A stretch of DNA of 63,872 nucleotides, the filler included, from Acidimicrobiia bacterium (GTDB lineage: Bacteria; Actinomycetota; Acidimicrobiia; Spongiisociales; SHLN01): NCBI GenBank assembly GCA_041619515.1. It is 3 parts of 3 records of this genome, joined end to end, with 100 filler letters (N's around TTAATTAATTAA, not from the genome) between each part and the next. Parts side by side here need not be neighbours in the genome. Positions count along the whole stretch, not along the records: positions 25,791 to 51,014 come from JBFKDW010000042.1; 2 more parts are not named here. One strand, 5' to 3'. The position numbers were made by a program, and so were the translations under genes. The notes beneath the pieces were generated by a model, which did not search any database, was not told the origin of the DNA, and saw only the letters and a program-made list of their open reading frames with translations. How positions within the stretch are numbered: position 1 is the stretch's first letter; each line of letters starts with the position of its first letter. Shown piece after piece: positions 38,732 through 47,822 of this stretch.

Positions 38732-40318
38732 ATGTTCCGCATTCTCGTTTCCGACGACATCGGAGCGCACGGCATCGACATCCTGGAGGCGGCCGCCGAC
38801 GTGCAATGTGATGTCGAGACCGGGCTCTCGCCCGAGACGCTCGCCTCCTCGATCGGCGAGTACGAGGCGCTGATCGTGCGCTCCGCCACCAAAGTGACCG
38901 AACCGGTGCTGGAGGCCGCAGCCAAGCTGAGGGTCATCGGGCGCGCCGGCATGGGTGTCGACAACATCGATGTGACGGCGGCAACCCAGCGGGGTGTGAT
39001 CGTGATGAACACGCCCTCGGCGAACTCGGTGGCCACAGCCGAGCAGACCATGGCGCTCATGCTGGCGGCCACCCGGCATACGGCGATCGCGCACCAGACC
39101 CTGGCCGAGGGACGATGGGAGCGCAACCGGTATGCCGGCACCGAGTTGAGCGGCAAACTGCTCGGCATCGTTGGCTTTGGTCGGATCGGCCGGCTGGTGG
39201 CGGCGCGGGCACAGGCTTTCGGGATGCACGTGATCGCCTACGACCCGTACGTCTCGGAGGAAGTGGCTCACGACACCGGAGTCACGCTCGTGAACCTCGA
39301 CGAACTGTATGCCCGGGCCGATTACCTCACCTTGCATGTGCCCTCCTCGCCCGACACCGACAACATGATTTCGGCCGAGGCGCTCGCCGCCATGAAGGAT
39401 GGGGTGGTGATCATCAATGCCGCCCGGGGCACGCTCATCGACGAGGTAGCCCTCGCCGAGGCACTGAACGCCGGCAAGGTGCGAGCAGCCGGGATCGACG
39501 TCTACCGCACCGAGCCTCCCGGTGAGGACAACCCGCTCATCGGACTAGCAAACGTCGTGCACACTCCGCATCTGGGCGCGTCGACGGCCGAGGCGCAAAG
39601 GGATGTCTCGGCCCAGATCGCTCAGCAGGTGATCGATGCGCTGCGGGGCGCCGACATCCGCAATGCCGTCAACCTCCCCTTCGACGCCGGCCCCGATTTC
39701 GCCGCCGCCATGCCCTACATGGCCCTGGCCGAGAAGATGGGCGTGCTCCAGTTCCACATGGCGCCGTCGCCGATCCGGCGGGTCGAGGTCGAAGTCAAGG
39801 GCGACGTGGTCGAGAAGCTGACCCGGCCGATCGCCGCCGGTCTCCTGGCCGGGTTGCTGCGCAGCCCCCTGGGAGGAGACGTCAACTACGTGAACGCCGG
39901 GCTGCTCGCTCAGCAGCACGGGATCACCGTGTCCCAGGCCAAGGGGGTCGCAGCCGCCGACTACACCAACCTCGTGTCGTGCCGGGTCCATTGGGACGAC
40001 GGCAGCCGCATCATGGCCGGTGTCCTGTTCGGCGGCTCCGAGCCGCGCCTGGTGCAGGTGAGCGACTATCACCTCGACGTGGATCCCTCCGGGCTGCTGC
40101 TCATCATGTTGAACAAGGACGTCCCCGGCGTCATCGGAATGGTGGGGACCACGCTCGGAAGATTCGGCGTCAACATCGGAGAGTGGAGGTTGGGCCGCAG
40201 CCAGCCGGGAACCGAAGCGTTGTCGTTCATCAATCTCGACGCCGAACCACCGGAGGAGGCGCTCGAGGCGCTTCGATCTGAAGCCGCCATCGTAAAGCTG
40301 CTGCTGCTGCATCTCTGA
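38732..40318 (+). CDS. serA: D-3-phosphoglycerate dehydrogenase
   Basis: VRSATKVT, GRAG.GVDNID, G.GRIG, NAARG, TPHLGAST.EAQ, ASB plus ACT domain (D.PGVIG..GT.LG..GVNI). Confidence 0.95.
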   Translation: MFRILVSDDIGAHGIDILEAAADVQCDVETGLSPETLASSIGEYEALIVRSATKVTEPVLEAAAKLRVIGRAGMGVDNIDVTAATQRGVIVMNTPSANSVATAEQTMALMLAATRHTAIAHQTLAEGRWERNRYAGTELSGKLLGIVGFGRIGRLVAARAQAFGMHVIAYDPYVSEEVAHDTGVTLVNLDELYARADYLTLHVPSSPDTDNMISAEALAAMKDGVVIINAARGTLIDEVALAEALNAGKVRAAGIDVYRTEPPGEDNPLIGLANVVHTPHLGASTAEAQRDVSAQIAQQVIDALRGADIRNAVNLPFDAGPDFAAAMPYMALAEKMGVLQFHMAPSPIRRVEVEVKGDVVEKLTRPIAAGLLAGLLRSPLGGDVNYVNAGLLAQQHGITVSQAKGVAAADYTNLVSCRVHWDDGSRIMAGVLFGGSEPRLVQVSDYHLDVDPSGLLLIMLNKDVPGVIGMVGTTLGRFGVNIGEWRLGRSQPGTEALSFINLDAEPPEEALEALRSEAAIVKLLLLHL

Positions 40319-40332
40319 ATCGACGGCCCACG

Positions 40333-40359
40333 CCATCCAAGGCCCGTCCGGCTCCGTAA
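40333..40359 (+). promoter_or_regulatory. SigK-type ECF promoter
   Basis: CCATCC(40333-40338)-N15-CCGTAA upstream of the fasciclin gene; the mycobacterial SigK consensus is CCATCC-N15-CCGAA. Confidence 0.7.
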
Positions 40360-40416
40360 TTCCTGCAACGGGCCGGACCAGATGGCCGGCCAGTCGAAAT
40401 AGAAAGAATCAGAACA

Positions 40417-41409
40417 GTGAAGATACGAATCGTTGCCCTTACGGCGGTCCTTGCGTTGGTCGCCGCCGCCTGCGGAGGAGACGACTCCGACGCAGAGGCC
40501 ACCACCACGACTGCCCAAGCCACGACGACCACCGTCGCCGAGGCCATGACCGATACCATCGTCGACGTTGCCGTCGCCGGTGGATTCGACACCCTCGTCA
40601 CCGCCGTACAGGCGGCCGGGCTGGCCGACACGCTGGCCGGTGATGGCCCGTTCACGGTATTCGCCCCCACCGACGAGGCGTTCGCCGCGCTACCCGAAGG
40701 TGTTCTCGACGGGTTGCTGGCCGACACCGACCAGCTCACCGCCGTGCTCACCTATCACGTCGTTTCCGGCAAAGTGCTTGCCGCCGACGTGGTCGGGCTG
40801 TCGTCGGCCACCTCCCTCCAGGGTGAGGACCTCGAAATCGAGGTCGTCGATGGCGGCGTCGTGCTCAACGGCACCACCAACGTGACCGCCACCGACGTCG
40901 AGGCCTCCAACGGTGTCGTCCACGTCATCGACGAGGTGCTGATCCCCTCCGCAGTGGCCGATGCCCTCGCCGGGAGCCAGGAGCCCATGCTCCCGAACTT
41001 CGTCGAAGCGGCCGTGGAGGCAGGGACCTTCACGACCCTGCTGGCCGCAGTCGAGGCCGCCGGCCTGGGCGAAGCACTCACCTCGGGCGCCCTCGGCAAG
41101 CTGACCGTGTTTGCTCCCACCGACGACGCATTCGACGCGTTGCCCGAGGGGACACTCGAGGGGCTTCTTGCCGACACCGAGCAGCTGACCGGGGTGCTTC
41201 TGTATCACGTCATCACCGGAGAGGTGCCGGCGGCCGACGTCGTCGCCCTCGAATCGGCCACCACTCTGGCAAACGCCGATATCACGATTGAGGTCGTCGA
41301 CGGAGGGGTCGTGCTCAACGACACGGTCAACGTCATCCAGACCGACATCATGACGTCCAACGGCATCATCCACGTCATCGACGCGGTCCTGATTCCGCCC
41401 AGCTCCTGA
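40417..41409 (+). CDS. Lipoprotein with two fasciclin (FAS1) domains, MPT83/MPT70-like
   Basis: Signal peptide with lipobox VAAAC, Thr-rich linker, 2x TVFAPTD.AF..YHV..SNG..HVID.VL. Confidence 0.93.
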   Translation: MKIRIVALTAVLALVAAACGGDDSDAEATTTTAQATTTTVAEAMTDTIVDVAVAGGFDTLVTAVQAAGLADTLAGDGPFTVFAPTDEAFAALPEGVLDGLLADTDQLTAVLTYHVVSGKVLAADVVGLSSATSLQGEDLEIEVVDGGVVLNGTTNVTATDVEASNGVVHVIDEVLIPSAVADALAGSQEPMLPNFVEAAVEAGTFTTLLAAVEAAGLGEALTSGALGKLTVFAPTDDAFDALPEGTLEGLLADTEQLTGVLLYHVITGEVPAADVVALESATTLANADITIEVVDGGVVLNDTVNVIQTDIMTSNGIIHVIDAVLIPPSS

Positions 41410-41440
41410 CCGAACGGTCCTCCCCCGTTCGTCGCTGACA

Positions 41441-41465
41441 GGGACCCCCGGCCTCCGGGGGTCCC
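41441..41465. terminator. GC-rich hairpin downstream of the fasciclin gene
   Basis: GGGACCCCCGG-CCT-CCGGGGGTCCC, 11-bp perfect stem, flanked by CCGAACGG/CCGTTCGG. Confidence 0.7.
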
Positions 41466-41509
41466 CGTCCGTTCGGAAGGGCGCGAGGCGGCTCAAGTAC
41501 AATCCGACG

Positions 41510-41854
41510 ATGAGTCGAATCGGTGCCTCCGTGTACGACATGGCGCGCCGGGCGCCCGCCGATCGGGTACCGGTGAAGCTGGAAAAGCGGTCGGCGGACG
41601 ACGAGTGGGAGTTCCGAACCCGGGCGGTCACCGACGCCGCCGGGCGCATCGAGAATCTCCTCCCGGAAGGCCTGGAACTCGCCGCCGGCGTCTACCGTCT
41701 CACGTTCGACACGGGCTCCTATTTCGAGCACCACCATCAACGCGGCTTCTACCCGGAGGTGTCGGTGGTGTTCGACGTGCAGCATCCGGGTGCAGAGGTG
41801 CACATTCCGCTGCGATTGAGCCCGGACGGGTATGCAACCCAGCGGGAGGTGTGA
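41510..41854 (+). CDS. Transthyretin-like/HIU hydrolase family protein with degenerate active site
   Basis: TD..GR, G.YRL.F.TG.YF, FYPEV.V.F, HIPL.LSP.GY.T; lacks the N-terminal His and C-terminal YRGS. Confidence 0.85.
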   Translation: MSRIGASVYDMARRAPADRVPVKLEKRSADDEWEFRTRAVTDAAGRIENLLPEGLELAAGVYRLTFDTGSYFEHHHQRGFYPEVSVVFDVQHPGAEVHIPLRLSPDGYATQREV

Positions 41855-42270
41855 TGGGCGACCGGCGGACACTGGAGCGCAGAACGAGACGAGCCGCCTT
41901 CCGGCTCCCGGAGCGGCGGACCGGCTTTGATCGGCGGGTCGGCGGTGGCGTGGTCGTCTGGTACCGCGATCACCCCGGAGCCATCGCCATCGCGCTGGCC
42001 GGGGTGCTCGTGCTCAACGTCGCCGACCTCTTGCTCACGCTACGGGCACTGGACCGGGGGGCGAGAGAAGCGAACCCGGTGATGGCGCTCCTGTTCGAAA
42101 TCGGTCCGGCCGCCGCCGGGACCACCAAGCTGGTCCTCGCGCTCGGGGTGGTGCTGGTGATCTGGCACATGCGCCGTTACCGGCGGATCCTGCAAGTGTC
42201 GCTCGTGGCGCTGGGCGGCTTCGGCCTGGTTCTCGCCTACCAGCTCTCCCTGGTCTTCAGCGGCGCCTGA
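41854..42270 (+). CDS. DUF5658-like membrane protein
   Basis: ERR/DRR N-terminal repeats, LN.ADL.LT..AL..GA.EANPVM, K in the second TM; ATG overlaps the upstream TGA. Confidence 0.75.
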   Translation: MGDRRTLERRTRRAAFRLPERRTGFDRRVGGGVVVWYRDHPGAIAIALAGVLVLNVADLLLTLRALDRGAREANPVMALLFEIGPAAAGTTKLVLALGVVLVIWHMRRYRRILQVSLVALGGFGLVLAYQLSLVFSGA

Positions 42271-42496
42271 GCGCCGCGGCCACCATGCCGAGGGTGAGCA
42301 GGAGAATGGCGGCGACGACGAATACCGGCACACGGTCACCGGATCGAAAGGACGCAAGCGCCACACCCCCGAGGAACCAGACGACGCCCACGCCGAGCAC
42401 TCCGGGTGCCGACTCACCCGAACCAGCCGCCCGCTGCCCGAGCCCAACCAGACCGGCTCCGACGATCACGAGGGCCACGGCCAGCGCACCAACCAT
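42257..42496 (-). CDS. Small hypothetical membrane protein (3 TM)
   Basis: 79 aa, three hydrophobic segments; TAGTCT 6 nt before ATG. Confidence 0.6.
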   Translation of the reverse strand: MVGALAVALVIVGAGLVGLGQRAAGSGESAPGVLGVGVVWFLGGVALASFRSGDRVPVFVVAAILLLTLGMVAAALRRR

Positions 42497-42523
42497 GACA
42501 CGAGACTACGAGCCGCCACGATC

Positions 42524-42550
42524 GGAATGTTCGGGATGGGCTGTGAGTTG
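42524..42550 (+). promoter_or_regulatory. SigH/SigR-type promoter of the dioxygenase gene
   Basis: GGAAT-N18-GTTG, ATG at 42559. Confidence 0.75.
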
Positions 42551-42558
42551 AGTCGCCT

Positions 42559-43323
42559 ATGAGCTTCCCTACCGGATTCGTCGGGCACGGGGCCCCCACC
42601 AATGCGCTCAACGCCGAGCGCGGCGCCACCTGGCGGGCATGGGCCGAGGAGCTGCCGGTTCCGTCGGCGATACTCTCGATCTCGGCGCACTACGAGCAAA
42701 CGCCGCCTTCCCTGGGAGCGACCACCACCGTTCCCCTCATCTACGACTTCTGGGGCTTCCCCAAGCCGCTGTACGAGATCACCTACGGCGCTCCGGGGGC
42801 TCCCGAGGTGGCCGACGCGGTCGAGCACCTCCTGTCCTCGGAGACCACCGTCGCCCGCCAGGAGGACCGGGGCCTCGACCACGGCACCTGGGTGCCCCTC
42901 CGCCACATGTACCCCACGGCCGCCATTCCGGTCGTGCAACTGTCGCTTCCCTGGACCGATGACCCGCACATGATGTTCGATCTCGGCCGCCGGCTGGCTC
43001 CGCTGCGTGAGGAGGGAGTCTTCATTCTCGGCAGCGGCAACCTGGTGCACAACCTACGCGCCGCCGACTGGTCGAGCGGCCCCACCCCCGGGTGGGCCGG
43101 CGAGTTCGACCACTGGATCAGCCAGGTTCTCCTCGACGATCGCGATGCCGACTTGCAGGACTACCGCAGCAACCCCCTCACCGGGATCTGCCATCCCACC
43201 CAGGAGCATTTCGTTCCACTGCTGGTGGCCGCCGGCGCCGCCTCGGTTCACGACGAGGTGACGTTCCCCGTTGCAGATTTCGAGTACGGCTCTCTGAGCA
43301 TGCGATGCGTGCAATTCGGGTGA
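42559..43323 (+). CDS. DODA/YgiD-type extradiol dioxygenase (LigB family)
   Basis: F.GHGAP, ISAH, IYDF.GFP..LY, GLDHGTWVPL..MYP, GSG..VHNL, HPT.EHF.PL. Confidence 0.92.
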   Translation: MSFPTGFVGHGAPTNALNAERGATWRAWAEELPVPSAILSISAHYEQTPPSLGATTTVPLIYDFWGFPKPLYEITYGAPGAPEVADAVEHLLSSETTVARQEDRGLDHGTWVPLRHMYPTAAIPVVQLSLPWTDDPHMMFDLGRRLAPLREEGVFILGSGNLVHNLRAADWSSGPTPGWAGEFDHWISQVLLDDRDADLQDYRSNPLTGICHPTQEHFVPLLVAAGAASVHDEVTFPVADFEYGSLSMRCVQFG

Positions 43324-43369
43324 TCGGCGGCCGGGCCGGGGTCAGCCGTCGACCGGCCGAGGCCGGTGG

Positions 43370-43396
43370 GGAACCAATTGCCATCGCCCGCCGTTG
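43370..43396 (+). promoter_or_regulatory. SigH/SigR-type promoter of the molybdo-oxidoreductase gene
   Basis: GGAAC-N18-GTTG, in-frame GTG/ATG at 43403/43406. Confidence 0.7.
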
Positions 43397-43405
43397 AGCT
43401 GGGTG

Positions 43406-44977
43406 ATGCAGACGGCGACACCAGCTTCCACACCCATGACTCGCCCACGGAGCACCTACATCATTGCGGCCGTGGTGGCAGCCGGAGTCACGCTGGGAGT
43501 AAGCGAGCTGCTGGCGGGTCTCATCGAGCGGGTACCGTCGACACTGTCGGCCATCGGGGCCGTCGTCGTCGACAACGTGCCGGGCGCCATCGAGCGGTGG
43601 GCAATCGAAACGTTCGGCACCGGCGACAAGGCGGCCCTGTTGATCGGGATGATCGCCACCACTCTGCTCATCGCCGGCCTCGTCGGAAACTGGATGTATC
43701 GCAGTGGGGCCATGGTGGCTGCACCCGTGTTCGTGGGGTTCGGAGCCGTCGGGTTGGTGGCATCGCTCAACGAGTCCCTCATCAGCGTTCCCATGACCGT
43801 CCTCGCGGCGGTGCTGGCGACCGGAACCGGCCTGTACACCCTCTACTGGCTGTTGCAGACACCCGTTTCTTCGCTGACAGACACGGTCGTTGGGGCGCCC
43901 ACCGACGGGCTGCCGGCCGACCCGACGAGGCGCCAGTTCGTGGGACGGGCCGCCGGAATCGGAGCGCTCGCAGCCGCCGGCGGTCTGGTGGGCCGGCGGC
44001 TGCTCACCGCCACCAGGACCAGCGACGTCACCCTGCCGGATGCAGCCGGCACGCTCACCGGCCCGGCACCGGAGAACTTCTTCGACGTGGACGGGCTGGA
44101 ATCCATCGTGGTGGAAAACGACTCGTTCTACCGCATCGACACAGCCCTCCTCATCCCCCGGGTGCCGGTCGAAAGCTGGTCGCTCCGCATCGACGGGTTG
44201 GTAGACAACCCGTTCGAGCTCTCCTTCGACGAGCTCACCGCCCGCGACCTCTACGAGGAGTACGTGACGATCTCATGCGTCTCGAACCAGGTCGGAGGCG
44301 GCCTGGTCGGCAACGCCAAATGGACCGGAGTCCGCCTTGCCGAGCTCCTCGAGGAGGCCCGGCCTACCGACGAAGCAGAGCAGGTGGTGGGGTGGTCGGT
44401 CGACAGGTGGTCCAGCGGGTTCCCGATCGAAGCCGTGTTCGACGGCCGCGAGCCGCTCGTGGCGGTGGCCATGAACGACGAGCCGCTTCCGGCCCGGCAT
44501 GGGTTCCCCGCCCGCCTCATCGTTCCCGGCTTGTACGGCTACGTATCCGCCACCAAGTGGCTGGAGCGGATCGAACTGACGACCTGGGATGGATTCGACT
44601 CCTACTGGGTGCCGCGGGGATGGGCCAAGGAGGGCCCGATCAAGACTCAGTCGCGCATCGACGTTCCGCGCGCAGGCCGCCGGGTCGCCCCCGGCGACGT
44701 GGTCGCCGCCGGGGTGGCGTGGGCACCCCTCAAGGGCATCGAGAGAGTTGAGGTGCGCCTCGACGACGGGCCGTGGCTGGATGCCGAGCTGACCGAACCG
44801 CTCTCGGACAAAGCCTGGGTTCAATGGAAGGCGGTCATACCGATGAGCGAAGGCGAGCATGTGCTCACGGTTCGGGCCACCGACGGCACCGGCGAAACCC
44901 AAACCGAGATGGTGAGACCGCCCGCCCCGGACGGCGCCACCGGTCACCACAGCGTCAAGTTCCGGGTAGAAGCCTGA
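43406..44977 (+). CDS. Membrane-bound sulfite oxidase-family molybdopterin oxidoreductase
   Basis: N-terminal TM domain (FGT.DK), internal RRQF, FYRIDT, CVSN.VGG..GNA.W.GV, HGFP.R..VPG.YGY.SATKW, TQSRID. Confidence 0.9.
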   Translation: MQTATPASTPMTRPRSTYIIAAVVAAGVTLGVSELLAGLIERVPSTLSAIGAVVVDNVPGAIERWAIETFGTGDKAALLIGMIATTLLIAGLVGNWMYRSGAMVAAPVFVGFGAVGLVASLNESLISVPMTVLAAVLATGTGLYTLYWLLQTPVSSLTDTVVGAPTDGLPADPTRRQFVGRAAGIGALAAAGGLVGRRLLTATRTSDVTLPDAAGTLTGPAPENFFDVDGLESIVVENDSFYRIDTALLIPRVPVESWSLRIDGLVDNPFELSFDELTARDLYEEYVTISCVSNQVGGGLVGNAKWTGVRLAELLEEARPTDEAEQVVGWSVDRWSSGFPIEAVFDGREPLVAVAMNDEPLPARHGFPARLIVPGLYGYVSATKWLERIELTTWDGFDSYWVPRGWAKEGPIKTQSRIDVPRAGRRVAPGDVVAAGVAWAPLKGIERVEVRLDDGPWLDAELTEPLSDKAWVQWKAVIPMSEGEHVLTVRATDGTGETQTEMVRPPAPDGATGHHSVKFRVEA

Positions 44978-45005
44978 GCCGGCGGACTCGGGCCGCCCCA
45001 ACTGC

Positions 45006-46745
45006 CTAGGCGGTCTGGCGCATCTTGTCGCGAAGGCGGCTCACTGCGGCCTGGGCATCTCGCGCCCGTGAGTGAGCATCGTTCAGTACCTTCTCTGCGT
45101 CGGCCCGTACCCGGTCTGCCTCTCGCATGGCCCCCTCCACCAGCTCTCTGGCGGCGCCTTTGGCATCCCCGAGCAGCTTCTCCTTTTCCAACACGGCCGA
45201 CAACGCTTGCTGGGCCTCGCGGCGGGCCTGTTCGGCCTCCCGCGTCGCGGTCGCGATCCGGGTCTCCATCGTCTGTTCCAGAACCGCCGCCTCTCGCTGG
45301 AGCCGATCGATCTCTTCCCGGGTGGTGCGCAGCTCGACCGCGGCCTGCTCTTCGGCTTCCTGCCTGGCTCTGCGCCGCAGTTCTTCGGCTTCCTGCTCGG
45401 CAGCCGCACGAAGGCCGGCGGCGGCATCCCGGTCGGCGGCGGCCTCAGTCTTCAGCCGCTCGATCTCTGCTTCCGAAGTTGCCCGCAGTTCTTCGACTCG
45501 CGCCTCGGCTTCCTTGCTCGCCAGCGTGCGGATTCGCTCTCCTTCGCGGTTCGCCTCTTCCAGCAATGACTCCGCTTCCCGACGGGCACCATCCAGCCGC
45601 TGGCGGGCACTCTCAGCTTCCGCCCAGGCCTCCGCCTTCGCCTTCTCGGCGTCCTGACGGATGATCATCGCCTCGGCCTCGGCCGCGGCGATGATGTCGG
45701 TCCGAATCGTGTCACTCTTGGCAGCGGCGAGCAACTGTTCGGCCTCGATCGTCATGCGGGCGGCATCGGCGCGAGCAGCCTCGGCCACCTGGGCGGCCTC
45801 CTCCCGAATCTGACGGGAAGCAGCCTGCACCGTCTGGAGCTCGTCGTTTGCCCGGTCGCGAATGCGCTGAGCCTCCTGCTCGGCGGCGATGCGCAGCACC
45901 TCCGCCTCCGAAGCAACCTGCTCTGTTTCGCGCTCGGCGGCAGCCCGCTCCTTGGCCATGCGGGCCCTCGCCCGTTCGGCGTCCTCCGACGCTGCTCTCA
46001 GCCGCTCCTCCGCCAGCTTCCGCATGCGCTGGGCGTCCTGTCGGCTCTCGGCCACCTCTTGCTCGACTCGCACCCGCAAGGCCTCGGCTTCGTGCTTCGC
46101 CAGGGCGATGATCTCCTCGGCCTCACGCCGCGCTCGGGAAGCTTTCTCGTAGGAGGCTGCTACCTCCTTTTCCGCCTCTTGCTGGAAGCGGGCGACATCA
46201 GCCCGGATGAGCGAGAAGAAGTCGGACGCCTCTGCCTTCATTCGCTCGGCGTCCTCCCGGGCCGAGTTGAACAGCTCCTCTGCCTTGGCGGCCGCCTCAC
46301 CGAGGAGCTGTCGCTCGTCGCGCGCGGCGGCCACTGCATCCCTGGCCTCGGTTTGAATGCGGTCGGCCTCGGCGGCGGCCGTCGACAAGGCCTCCTCTGC
46401 GCGCAACCGCGCCTCGGCCAGCACGGCCTCGGGATCGACGGACTCGGCCAAGCCCTCTCTGGCGGCGTCCCGGAGCTCGGCGGCACGGGTCGTAGCCTCC
46501 AGCAGCACGCTGCGCGCCCGCGTATTGGCGTCCGACAGCAGCCGGGCCCGGACATCGAGGATGTAGAAGTAGGCTCGGTCGATCGCAGCCGTCTCGAGTG
46601 ATTCGGCGTTGGTCACTTGCTGTTCGAGGCGGGCTATCTCGGCCCCGGCGGCAGAGCGGATCGACTCGACGTACCGGTCGACCTCCTCGCGGGCATACCC
46701 CTTGATATGGGTCTTGAACTCGGGGGCCTCGGGCAGCTTGGGCAC
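45006..46745 (-). CDS. DivIVA-domain long coiled-coil protein (Scy-like)
   Basis: N-terminal F....KGY..EEVD.Y motif followed by about 540 aa of A/E/R-rich coiled coil. Confidence 0.75.
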   Translation of the reverse strand: MPKLPEAPEFKTHIKGYAREEVDRYVESIRSAAGAEIARLEQQVTNAESLETAAIDRAYFYILDVRARLLSDANTRARSVLLEATTRAAELRDAAREGLAESVDPEAVLAEARLRAEEALSTAAAEADRIQTEARDAVAAARDERQLLGEAAAKAEELFNSAREDAERMKAEASDFFSLIRADVARFQQEAEKEVAASYEKASRARREAEEIIALAKHEAEALRVRVEQEVAESRQDAQRMRKLAEERLRAASEDAERARARMAKERAAAERETEQVASEAEVLRIAAEQEAQRIRDRANDELQTVQAASRQIREEAAQVAEAARADAARMTIEAEQLLAAAKSDTIRTDIIAAAEAEAMIIRQDAEKAKAEAWAEAESARQRLDGARREAESLLEEANREGERIRTLASKEAEARVEELRATSEAEIERLKTEAAADRDAAAGLRAAAEQEAEELRRRARQEAEEQAAVELRTTREEIDRLQREAAVLEQTMETRIATATREAEQARREAQQALSAVLEKEKLLGDAKGAARELVEGAMREADRVRADAEKVLNDAHSRARDAQAAVSRLRDKMRQTA

Positions 46746-46806
46746 GTTCGCCTTTCCCTTCTCTCGTCTCGATGAGTTCGGCAGGAACCCGAATCTCTTG
46801 AGGACG

Positions 46807-46833
46807 GGAACGGACGACGCACGGGAGGCGTTG
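46807..46833 (+). promoter_or_regulatory. SigH/SigR-type promoter of msrB
   Basis: GGAAC-N18-GTTG, then RBS AAGGAGGT and ATG 46854. Confidence 0.78.
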
Positions 46834-46853
46834 ACAGGAACGAAGGAGGTCGA

Positions 46854-47249
46854 ATGAGCACTCAGGAACAGGACAGGATCTACCGGGAGCGGCTGACCCC
46901 GCTTCAGTACCGCGTCGCCCGGGAGGGTGGCACCGAACAGCCCTTCACGGGCCTGTACTGGAACACGAAAGACGAGGGAAGCTACGACTGCATCTGCTGT
47001 GGCGCCACGTTGTTCGTTTCGGACGACAAGTATGACTCGCGGTCGGGCTGGCCCAGCTTCACCCGGCCTGCCGAAGGCGCCAGCATCGTCGAGCTGCGGG
47101 ACGAGTCACACGGGATGGTCCGCACCGAGGTCCGCTGCGGCAACTGCGACGCCCATCTCGGCCATGTGTTCCCCGACGGCCCCGGCCCCGACGGGCTGCG
47201 CTACTGCATCAACTCGGCAAGCCTGGATCTGCAGACCTCCCAGGAGTGA
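46854..47249 (+). CDS. msrB: Peptide-methionine (R)-S-oxide reductase
   Basis: GTE.PF.G, CxxC, SGWPSF, RTEV.C..C..HLGHVF.DGP, RYCINS. Confidence 0.97.
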   Translation: MSTQEQDRIYRERLTPLQYRVAREGGTEQPFTGLYWNTKDEGSYDCICCGATLFVSDDKYDSRSGWPSFTRPAEGASIVELRDESHGMVRTEVRCGNCDAHLGHVFPDGPGPDGLRYCINSASLDLQTSQE

Positions 47250-47302
47250 CACAGCGTTCGTCACTGCGCGCCGCGCAATTCTGACAACTCTCGCAGCGGG
47301 AC

Positions 47303-47692
47303 TCAGTGGGAATGGCCTTCGTGGCCGTTGCCCTCGGCGTGCTCGGCCAGCTCTTTGCGCACCTCGTCCATGTCGAGAGCCGACACCTGGGTGATGAGGT
47401 CCTCGAGGTGGCTGGCGGGGAGCGCGCCAGGCTGGCTGTACAGGATGATCTGATCCCGGAAGACCATGAGCGTGGGGATGGAACGAATGCCGAAGGCCCC
47501 GGCCAGCTCTTGCTGGTCCTCGGTGTCTACTTTGGCGAATACGAGGTCGGGATACTTCTCCGACATCGCCTCGTAGGTGGGGGCGAACGAGCGACAGGGC
47601 CCGCACCACTCGGCCCAGAAATCGACCAGTACCGTCTCGTTTGACTGGATCGTGTCCTCGAATGTTTCTTTTGTGACGTCGATCGTCGGCAT
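47303..47692 (-). CDS. trxA: Thioredoxin
   Basis: VDFWA.WCGPC, SIPTL; extended C-terminus (QPGALP) as in actinobacterial Trx. Confidence 0.93.
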   Translation of the reverse strand: MPTIDVTKETFEDTIQSNETVLVDFWAEWCGPCRSFAPTYEAMSEKYPDLVFAKVDTEDQQELAGAFGIRSIPTLMVFRDQIILYSQPGALPASHLEDLITQVSALDMDEVRKELAEHAEGNGHEGHSH

Positions 47693-47720
47693 TTTTCTCT
47701 CCGTAGGATTGCCGGGGTTT

Positions 47721-47778
47721 CAACCAGGGAAAGGGCCGCTTTATGCCCGGCGGAACCTTTCGCCGGAGGGCTGCGTTG
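47721..47778. promoter_or_regulatory. Back-to-back SigH/SigR-type promoters for trxA (-) and yceI (+)
   Basis: Minus strand GGCAT(47747-47743)-N18-GTTG(47724-47721); plus strand GGAAC(47752-47756)-N18-GTTG(47775-47778). Confidence 0.7.
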
Positions 47779-47822
47779 ATCCCGGTAGCTTGTCGGCTCA
47801 ACGAAGACGGGAACGGCAACTG

